A DNA stretch of 64,000 nucleotides from Candidatus Multivoradales bacterium (GTDB taxonomy: Bacteria; Acidobacteriota; Thermoanaerobaculia; Multivoradales; J023). The stretch covers positions 1,920,001 to 1,984,000 of the forward strand of contig CBDFLE010000006.1 in NCBI GenBank assembly GCA_965248925.1. The letters run 5' to 3'. How positions within the stretch are numbered: position 1 is the first letter of the stretch; each line of letters starts with the position of its first letter. The position numbers and the translations under genes were made by a program. Below, in pieces: positions 56,296 through 64,000 of the stretch. The notes beneath the pieces are model-generated. The model worked only from the letters and a program-made list of their open reading frames with translations. It did not search any database and was not told the DNA's origin.

Positions 56296-59200
56296 ATGAA
56301 TCACAGCAGCCCAGCCATCGCCATCGTCGGCCTCGCCTGCCACTATCCCGACGCTCGCAATCCTCGCCAGCTGTGGGAAAACGCGCTCAGCCAGCGCCGT
56401 GCATTCCGCGCCATCCCGCCACAGCGCCTCGATCTCGAGGACTATGGCCGTCTGGTCAGTGACCAGGCCGACGGCACTTATGTCGCCGAGGCAGCGCTGC
56501 TCGATGGTTTTGAATTCGATCGGGTGAAGTTCCGCGTCAGCGGCAGCACCTATCGCAGCACCGACCTGGCCCATTGGCTGGCCCTCGATATCGCCTCACG
56601 TGCGCTCGCCGACGCCGGCTTCGCCAACGGCGATCGACTACCCCGCGACCGCGTCGGCGTCCTGGTGGGCAACACTCTGACCGGCGAATTCTCCCGCGCC
56701 CAGCAAATGCGTCTGCGCTGGCCTTACGTTCGCCGGCAGGTCGCCGCCGAGCTCGCCGCCGAAGGCTGGGACGAGCAACGAAGCAGTGCCTTTCTCGGCC
56801 GCTTGGAGCAGAACTACAAGGCACCCTTCCCAGCACCCACCGAAGACACTTTGGCCGGCGGCCTGGCGAACACCATCGCCGGCCGCATCTGCAACCACTT
56901 CGATCTCCACGGCGGCGGCTACACCGTCGATGGCGCTTGTGCTTCGTCCCTGCTGGCCACCGCTCAAGCCTGCACGGCACTAGCCAACGGCGACCTGGAG
57001 ATGGCTTTGGCCGGCGGCGTCGACCTCAGCCTGGATCCCTTCGAGCTGGTCGGATTTGCCCGCAACGGCGCCCTTTCGCCCGGCGAAATGTTGGTGTTCG
57101 ATCAACGATCCCAGGGTTTCTTGCCCGGCGAGGGCTGCGGCTTCGCAGTGCTAATGCGTCATCGCGATGCGTTGCACCAAGGCTTGCGAGTTTACGCCGT
57201 GATCCGTGGTTGGGGGATCTCCTCCGATGGCAGCGGCGGCATCACCCGGCCAGAGGTCGATGGCCAGGTATTGGCTCTGCAACGGGCCTACCAGCGGGCC
57301 GGTTTCGGTATCGACACCGTCGACTTGATCGAGGGGCACGGCACCGGCACGGCGGTCGGCGACACCACCGAACTCACCGCCCTCAACCGCGCCCGGCGCA
57401 ACTCTACCCCCGGTGAGGCCACGCCGCACCACGCTGCTGTGGGTTCGATCAAGGCCAACATCGGCCACACCAAAGCCGCCGCCGGCCTGGCCAGCTTGAT
57501 CAAAGCCAGCCTGGCGCTCGACTCTCAAGTGCTGCCACCGACCACCGGCTGCAAGCTGCCCCACACCCAGATCACCGGCCCCGCCTCAACCTTACGGACC
57601 TTGCGCCAACCCGAGCCCTGGCCTCTTGGGCGGCCGTTGCGTTGCGGGGTGAGCGCGATGGGTTTTGGCGGCATCAACAGCCATCTGGTGTTGGAGAGTG
57701 CCGAGCCGCCTCGGCGAACTTCGGGCCGGCGCATCGACAGCCGCTTCGGCCCCACCCCCCAAGACTGCGAGATGCTGCTCTTCGCCGGCGCGGATAGCGC
57801 GGAACTGAAACAGAAAGTCGAGCGAGTGAAAGTACGGGTGACCAGCCTGACCCACGCCGAACTCGGCGATTTGGCGGCCGAACTCGCCCGCCGGCTGCCG
57901 GCCGACGCCAACTACCGGTGCGCGCTGATCGCCGCCACTCCCAAGCAGCTGCAAGAGCGCCTCGGCAAGCTACGCCAGGCCCTCGACCACCCCTTGGCCC
58001 GCGGTGCCTCGCATCTCGACCCTGAGCATGGCCTGTTCCTCGGTCATGGCGGCCGCCCACCACGGATCGGCCTGCTCTTCCCTGGTCAGGGCTCGCCCGC
58101 CAGGCTCGGTGGAGGTTTATGGCGCCAACGCTTTGCCAGCGCCGCCGAGGTCTATGCCGGCAGCGACTTGCCCAGCGCCGGGGATGGAGTGGACACCGCC
58201 ATCGCTCAGCCTGCCATCGCCACCGCGGCACTGGCCGGCCTGGAGGTTCTGGACAGCCTCGGCGTCCACGCCACCACCGCCATCGGCCATAGCCTCGGCG
58301 AGCTGATCGCCCTCCAGTGGGCCGGCGCCTATGACAGCGCCGCTCTGCTGCGCTTGACTCATGCCCGCGGCCAGGCGATGGCCGAACTCGGTGAGGCCAC
58401 CGGCGCGATGGCCAGCCTGGGCGCCTCGGCGGCTGATGTGGCGCGGCTGATCGACCGCCTTGGGGTCGACAACCTGACCCTGGCCGGCCTCAACTCGCCG
58501 CGTCAAACGGTCATTTCGGGACCGGCGGAGCAAGTTGTCAACGCCCTCGAGCAGGCTGCCAAACAAGGTTGGCAGACCACCCGCTTGGCGGTTTCGCACG
58601 CCTTTCACTCACCCCTGGTGGCGGCCGCCGTGCCGCGCCTGGAAGAAGCCCTGGCGGCTGAGACTTGGGAGACGCCACGGCGAAGGGTGATCTCGACCAT
58701 CACTGGCCAAGTGCTCGATCCGCAAGCTACCCTAGCGCCGCTACTCGCCGCGCAGGTGACCTCGCCAGTACGATTCGTCGAGGCCTTGCAGCTCGCCGCC
58801 GAACACTGTGACGTGTTCCTAGAGGTCGGCCCTGGCGAAGTCTTGACTGGGCTAGCCAGGGCCACCGTCACCCAGCCGATCCTTGCCCTCGATGTCGGCG
58901 GACCGTCACTAGCCGGCCTACTGCAAGCTAGCGGCGCGCTGTGGGCTCTAGGAGCATCGATCCGGCCGGCGGTTCTGTTTGCCGATCGCTACCACCGGCC
59001 GTTGGACCTGGACCACCAACCCGCCCTGCTGAGCAATCCGTGCGAAGAGGCACCGCGACTGGGCGAAGCGCTGGCCAGAGCCACCCGGCCGCCCAACCCC
59101 CCAGCCTCCGACGACCCTGACCTTGCTCCACCGAGCCTCGCCACAACAGTCGTCAGCAGCGCGACCTCGCCCCTCGAAGTGGTCCACCAGTTGGTCTGTC

Positions 59201-62178
59201 AACGCACCGAGCTACCGATCTCCGCGGTGGACGCGGACAGCCGCATGCTGAGCGACTTGCACCTCAGCTCGATCACCGTCGGGGCACTGGTTTCCGAGGC
59301 CGCGCGGCAGCTCGAGTTGCCGCCGCCAGCGGCTCCCAACGAATACGCCAACGCCACCCTCGGCACCATCGCTCAAGCCTTCGAAGAGCAGCTCAAGAGC
59401 GGCGGCGGCGGGGGCAATACCGATCGCGACACCTTGCCTGCCGGGGTCGACCAGTGGGTCCGGGCGTTCACTGTCGAGCTGCTCGCCCGAGACCTCGAAC
59501 AACGCCCCAGCGAGATGCTCCAGGGCGGGTGGCAAGTGTTTGGCAGCGATCGACATGCACTGCGCGCGACCTTGCCTGAAGTCCTGGCGCAAGCCGCGCC
59601 GGGCGGCGGCATCGTGCTGCTGCTAGCAGTAGGCGATACCGACCGACAGCTCGATTTGATCCTCGAAGCGGCCCGTACCGGGCTCGACCTCGAGCGCTTC
59701 CTGCTGGTCCACCACGGCCACTCGGCGGCCGCAATGGCCCGTACCCTGCATCTCGAATCGCCCTCAACCGCGGTCGGGGTAATCTGTCTACCGGCCTTGC
59801 TCGGCACCGGCGAAGAAGAAGGATGGTGCCACCGGATCGCCGCCGAAGCCAAGGGCCTGAAGGGCTATCGCGAAGCCACCTACGACCTCGATGGGCAACG
59901 CTGGGAACCGCGCCTGCGGACTCTCTCCGAACCGCCCGGGCAGCAGTCCCAAGCCCCGCCCCTCGAAGCCGACGAGGTATTGGTGGTCAGTGGCGGCGGC
60001 AAAGGCATCGGCGCCGAATGTGCCCTCGCCCTGGCCCAAAGTTGGGGCGTGCGCTTGGCGATCCTCGGTCGCTCCGAACCCCAGCAAGACAGCGAACTGG
60101 CGGAGAACCTGCAACGTTTTGCCGCCCAAGGGGTCACCGCGCGCTACTTCGTCGCTGATGTCGGCGATGCCACCGCCGTGGCTCATGCCATCAGCGCCGC
60201 CAGAGCCGAGCTGGGGGAGATTCGCGGCCTGGTGCACAGTGCGGGCGCTAACCGTCCCCAACTACTGGCCAACCTGGGGCGAGCCGATGTCGAGGGTACC
60301 CTGGCGCCCAAAGTGGCCGGCCTCGACAACCTGCTGGCGGCGATCGACTGTGAATCACTCAAGTTGTTGGTCGGCTTCGGCTCGATCATTGCCCGCTCGG
60401 GAATGCCGGGAGAAGCCCACTACGCGCTGGCCAACGAACGCCTGCGGCGGCGACTCGAGGGCTTCGCTGAACTCTTCCCGGAATGCCGCAGCCTATGTGT
60501 TGAATGGTCGGTGTGGTCGGGAGTGGGCATGGGCGAGCGGCTGAGCCAGCTCGAAGCTCTGGCGCGCCAGGGCATCACACCGATTCCCCTCGCCGACGGG
60601 GTCGCCGCGCTGCTGCAGCTGCTCGAACGGCCGACGCCGGTGGCGGTGCTGGTGAGCAGCCGCTTCGGCGAACCGCCAACCCTCGAGATCGAACGACCAG
60701 AGATGCCGCTGCTGCGTTTCCTGGAACGCCGCCGGGTGCATGTCCCGGACGTCGAACTAGTGGTCGATTGTGCAATATCAGAAGACACCGACCCCTACCT
60801 GGCCGACCACATTTTCGACGGCGAGCGCCTGTTCCCAGCGGTGATGGGCTTAGAAGCCATGACTCAGGCTTGGACCGCGCTCACCGGCGGCAGCGGCCCA
60901 CCGCAGATCCGCGACATCCGCTTCGCTCACCCGATCACCGTTGCCAAGGGCAGCACCGCGCAACTGCGATTGGCGGCTTTGACCCGACCCGACGGTGCCA
61001 CCGAAGTAGTGCTGCGCAGCGCAGCGACCGGCTTTGCGGTCGATCACTTCCGCGCCATCTTCGAGCCCGTCGCGGACCCTGCTACCCAGGACGGGGCCGA
61101 CGACGACGTCAATGACCTCTGCGCCGTCGCCATGGCTGAAAGCCAGCTGCTACCCCTCGAACCCCAACGCGACCTCTACGGACCGGTGCTATTTCAACAA
61201 GGGATGTTCCAGCGTCTGCGCGGCTACCGCTGGCTACGTGCTCGCGCTTGCCTAGCCGAGGTCGAAGGCGACCCGCGGGCCCAGTGGTTCTCTACCTACC
61301 TACCGAGCGAGCTGCTGCTGGGCGACCCCGGCGCTCGCGACGCCACCATTCACGCTATCCAAGCCTGCATTCCCCACGCCACCGTACTGCCGGTAGCGCT
61401 CGCCAAGTTGGAACTCGGTGAAGCGCGGCTCGGCGAACGCCGGGTGTTCGGCGCCTGGGAGCGCCAGCGCAACGGAAAAACCCTGATCTACGATTTAGAG
61501 GTGCGCTACGCTGACGGCCGCTTGGCTGAAAGATGGAGGGGGTTGGAACTGCGGGTGGTCGATCAGGCTACTCAAGCTCCGCCCTTGGCAGAGCCGCTCC
61601 TAGGACCCTACTTGGAACGCCGCCTGGGCGATTTGCTGCCCGAGGCAGAGCTTTCAGTGGTGATAAATCGCGACCAGACACCGCAGGCAGAGCGCCGCCA
61701 ACGGAGCGATCAAGCGATCAAGCGCTTGGTCGGGGTGCGGCAGCAGATCTTCCGCCGTCCCGATGGCAAGCCCGAGCTGCCCAGCGGCCATCAGGTATCG
61801 ATTGCCCATGCGGGCGATCTGCTGATGGCGGTCAGCAGCTGTGGCCCGATCGGCTGCGATGTCGAAGCGGTGGCGGAGCGCTCCGAAGAACTGTGGAGTG
61901 ATCTGCTCGGAAAAGGAAGACTCCAACTCTTGCAACTGATGATGCGCAAGTACAGCGAAGATCGCGACCGCGCCGCGACCCGGCTGTGGACGGTGCTCGA
62001 GAGCCTCAAGAAAGCCGGCCGAGCGCCCGACGCGCCGTTGACCCTCGTCGACTCCAGCGAAGACGGCTGGCTGACTTTCGCTTCCGGCCGCCACTGGGCC
62101 GCCAGCGTGGTCATGCCGGCCACAGACGGCGGCCCGGCTACCGCCTTCGCCGTGTTGTCTGAGAGGCCAGAGTGTTGA
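56296..62178 (+). CDS. pksE: Enediyne-type iterative PKS PksE, copy 2
   Basis: Same domain order and intact motifs: VDGACASS, EGHGTGT, NIGHTK, GHSLGE, HAFHS, DLHLSSI, SGGGKGIG, DPYLADH, GCDVE..RLWT..ESLKKAG. Confidence 0.93.
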   Translation: MNHSSPAIAIVGLACHYPDARNPRQLWENALSQRRAFRAIPPQRLDLEDYGRLVSDQADGTYVAEAALLDGFEFDRVKFRVSGSTYRSTDLAHWLALDIASRALADAGFANGDRLPRDRVGVLVGNTLTGEFSRAQQMRLRWPYVRRQVAAELAAEGWDEQRSSAFLGRLEQNYKAPFPAPTEDTLAGGLANTIAGRICNHFDLHGGGYTVDGACASSLLATAQACTALANGDLEMALAGGVDLSLDPFELVGFARNGALSPGEMLVFDQRSQGFLPGEGCGFAVLMRHRDALHQGLRVYAVIRGWGISSDGSGGITRPEVDGQVLALQRAYQRAGFGIDTVDLIEGHGTGTAVGDTTELTALNRARRNSTPGEATPHHAAVGSIKANIGHTKAAAGLASLIKASLALDSQVLPPTTGCKLPHTQITGPASTLRTLRQPEPWPLGRPLRCGVSAMGFGGINSHLVLESAEPPRRTSGRRIDSRFGPTPQDCEMLLFAGADSAELKQKVERVKVRVTSLTHAELGDLAAELARRLPADANYRCALIAATPKQLQERLGKLRQALDHPLARGASHLDPEHGLFLGHGGRPPRIGLLFPGQGSPARLGGGLWRQRFASAAEVYAGSDLPSAGDGVDTAIAQPAIATAALAGLEVLDSLGVHATTAIGHSLGELIALQWAGAYDSAALLRLTHARGQAMAELGEATGAMASLGASAADVARLIDRLGVDNLTLAGLNSPRQTVISGPAEQVVNALEQAAKQGWQTTRLAVSHAFHSPLVAAAVPRLEEALAAETWETPRRRVISTITGQVLDPQATLAPLLAAQVTSPVRFVEALQLAAEHCDVFLEVGPGEVLTGLARATVTQPILALDVGGPSLAGLLQASGALWALGASIRPAVLFADRYHRPLDLDHQPALLSNPCEEAPRLGEALARATRPPNPPASDDPDLAPPSLATTVVSSATSPLEVVHQLVCQRTELPISAVDADSRMLSDLHLSSITVGALVSEAARQLELPPPAAPNEYANATLGTIAQAFEEQLKSGGGGGNTDRDTLPAGVDQWVRAFTVELLARDLEQRPSEMLQGGWQVFGSDRHALRATLPEVLAQAAPGGGIVLLLAVGDTDRQLDLILEAARTGLDLERFLLVHHGHSAAAMARTLHLESPSTAVGVICLPALLGTGEEEGWCHRIAAEAKGLKGYREATYDLDGQRWEPRLRTLSEPPGQQSQAPPLEADEVLVVSGGGKGIGAECALALAQSWGVRLAILGRSEPQQDSELAENLQRFAAQGVTARYFVADVGDATAVAHAISAARAELGEIRGLVHSAGANRPQLLANLGRADVEGTLAPKVAGLDNLLAAIDCESLKLLVGFGSIIARSGMPGEAHYALANERLRRRLEGFAELFPECRSLCVEWSVWSGVGMGERLSQLEALARQGITPIPLADGVAALLQLLERPTPVAVLVSSRFGEPPTLEIERPEMPLLRFLERRRVHVPDVELVVDCAISEDTDPYLADHIFDGERLFPAVMGLEAMTQAWTALTGGSGPPQIRDIRFAHPITVAKGSTAQLRLAALTRPDGATEVVLRSAATGFAVDHFRAIFEPVADPATQDGADDDVNDLCAVAMAESQLLPLEPQRDLYGPVLFQQGMFQRLRGYRWLRARACLAEVEGDPRAQWFSTYLPSELLLGDPGARDATIHAIQACIPHATVLPVALAKLELGEARLGERRVFGAWERQRNGKTLIYDLEVRYADGRLAERWRGLELRVVDQATQAPPLAEPLLGPYLERRLGDLLPEAELSVVINRDQTPQAERRQRSDQAIKRLVGVRQQIFRRPDGKPELPSGHQVSIAHAGDLLMAVSSCGPIGCDVEAVAERSEELWSDLLGKGRLQLLQLMMRKYSEDRDRAATRLWTVLESLKKAGRAPDAPLTLVDSSEDGWLTFASGRHWAASVVMPATDGGPATAFAVLSERPEC

Positions 62179-62236
62179 CTGAGAGACCCCAAGCCATCCC
62201 TGGCCAAGTCCACTGAACCGACGCCCAGGAGAATTT

Positions 62237-63196
62237 ATGAGCCGACTGACCCGCCGGCTACTCGGCCTCTCAGAACGCGAGGTGAACTTCGAACATCGCG
62301 GTTTCCGCGGCGGTACCCCTGCCATCCGCGAACACATCGAGACCATCGGCCGCAGCTTTCTCCAGGGCTATCACGCGGCCCTACTCGACCCACGACTCGA
62401 CCGACTAGTGCCCAGGTTGGAAGCTGCGCCCGAGAACCACCGCGGATTCGTCTTCGAGGGCGCGGCCTTGGCCTTGGCCATACTCGATACCCTGGTACCC
62501 GGCCGCCGCAATCGTCTCGGCCGGCTGCTCGCCGACCGCGGCGCCAACCACGTCTACATGGCCCACGTCGGCGCTGGCTGGGCTCTGGCCCGCCTACCCT
62601 TTGGCGGCGCGAGCTTGCTAGCCCGCCTCGACCCCACCCTGCGCTGGCTGGCCTACGACGGTTGGGGTTTTCACCAGGGCTTCTTTGTCTGGCACAAGGC
62701 TGTCGAAGGTCGGCAACAAATACCGCGCCGGGTCGCTAGCGGCTATGCCCGACGGGCTTTCGACCAGGGTCTCGGCCGCAGCTTGTGGTTCCTCGAAGGT
62801 ACCGAAGTAGCACGTATCCCACGGACCATCGCCAGCTTTGCCGACCACCGCCAGAACGATCTTTGGAGCGGTATCGGATTGGCCGCGGCCTACGCTGGCG
62901 GCGTCGACCGGGCGGCACTAGAAACCCTGCGCGCCGCCGCCCGCGGCTGCACCGCCGAGCTAGCCCAGGGAGCCGCCTTCGGCGCCGAAGCCCGCCAGCT
63001 CGCCGGCAATCTCGGCCCACACACTGAACTCGCCTGCCAGGTGCTGTGTGGGCGAGACGCCGCGACCGTGGTCGAAATTACCCGCCAAACCGGTTGCGAC
63101 CTACCGCCGGGATCCGAGGAGTTGCCCGACTACGAAATCTGGCGTCAGCGCCTGCGCCACGCCTTCTCAGACGAGGCCCGCAGCGCGGTGGCCTGA
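62237..63196 (+). CDS. DUF1702 family protein (E3/UnbL-like), copy B
   Basis: Paralog of 40037..41008 (GFVFEGA, HVYMAHVGAGW, FDQGLGRSLWF); follows pksE copy 2. Confidence 0.9.
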   Translation: MSRLTRRLLGLSEREVNFEHRGFRGGTPAIREHIETIGRSFLQGYHAALLDPRLDRLVPRLEAAPENHRGFVFEGAALALAILDTLVPGRRNRLGRLLADRGANHVYMAHVGAGWALARLPFGGASLLARLDPTLRWLAYDGWGFHQGFFVWHKAVEGRQQIPRRVASGYARRAFDQGLGRSLWFLEGTEVARIPRTIASFADHRQNDLWSGIGLAAAYAGGVDRAALETLRAAARGCTAELAQGAAFGAEARQLAGNLGPHTELACQVLCGRDAATVVEITRQTGCDLPPGSEELPDYEIWRQRLRHAFSDEARSAVA

Positions 63197-63542
63197 GCTT
63201 GCACCGCAGAAGCTTACCGACCGGACAAGCCCAAGCGAACAGCTGTCAAGATTCACCATGTCATAGTGGCAATATGACAGCCTCTGCTGACTGATCTTGC
63301 CCAGCGCTTAAAGTCCTGCCTCTAACACCCCCGAACTTTGCAACCGAGCCGAGAGTTCTGGTAGCGACCTGCGTGTCCAGAACCTGCTGTCGGTACCCGA
63401 ATCCAGAGCATTGAGCGTTTCGGTTGAAATTCAGTGGCAGAAAAACTCCTGCATTCCCGTGGATAGACAAGGAACGGCGACGAGCCCGCAGGGCCGATCT
63501 TGCGCGTTCCTCACTTCTATCTCAACTTCAGGAGAAGCACCC

Positions 63543-64000
63543 ATGAACTTGCAACGCTGTTCAACCAGCAAGAACTCCATCAACCGCACCCCTAGGACAC
63601 TGGGCCGACGGTGGTTATTGGTTTTCTTGCTCCTTTCGAGGGTCGCAATAGCAGCCCCGGCAATGGCTCAGGTCGTACCGCAGCCGCAAAGGGTTATCCC
63701 GCTGCGCATCATCCAGCCCTATGCCTGTGATGTGCTGGCGAATCCCAGCCCAAGATGCAGTTCGATCAAGAGTTTCCAGGCTACCGTCCAGCGCGGCACA
63801 AAGACTTTCGAAGCTGCTGGCATTCGCTTCTGGATCAAATCCATCGAGTACTACGATTTGCCTCTGACACGACTCCACGACACGGTCAACGACTACTCCT
63901 GGGCACAGGTTCGAGGCGAGTTGAGCCAGGTTTTTCCGAACATCCTCCTCAATGCCTACACCCCGAGCGAGACCAAGAGAGGGCATCATTGGATGATAGC
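63543..64000 (+). CDS. Probable secreted hypothetical protein, 3' truncated by window edge
   Basis: AGGAGA RBS, ATG 63543, signal-like segment ending AMA-Q, frame open to the end of the window. Confidence 0.65.
   Translation, partial: MNLQRCSTSKNSINRTPRTLGRRWLLVFLLLSRVAIAAPAMAQVVPQPQRVIPLRIIQPYACDVLANPSPRCSSIKSFQATVQRGTKTFEAAGIRFWIKSIEYYDLPLTRLHDTVNDYSWAQVRGELSQVFPNILLNAYTPSETKRGHHWMI

Overview
GC-rich bacterial window, probably Acidobacteriota (inferred from an ADOP-type permease, wHTH-TolB-TPR regulator, TPR/FG-GAP/UnbV protein and a C-terminal 'IFLDGFESGD' motif). Left part: moeA, a BON/OmpA gene, and a defence islet at the 3' end of tRNA-Sec (BrnT/BrnA, OLD-family nuclease, AbiEii-type pair, and an IS4 interrupted by a four-ORF IS21). 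A second islet is bounded by a duplicated psuG 3' end, followed by psuG, DUF1501/DUF1800, FmdB and GGDEF genes. The main feature (21.2-63.2 kb) is an unusual enediyne-type polyketide locus. It has two diverged, apparently intact PksE synthases, two DUF1702 (E3) genes, two almost identical lipoprotein UnbV/E4-TPR fusions, a third TPR-UnbV protein, one distant E10 thioesterase, AraC, an MMPL/RND exporter and three paralogous secreted Cys/His-containing proteins. No E5/UnbU or tailoring gene is recognisable in the window. The locus is split by about 11 kb of cargo (permease; MglA-like GTPase/roadblock/sigma54 module), and each cargo block is bounded by a leftover copy of the E4 3' end. All calls come from reading motifs by eye; no searches were run.
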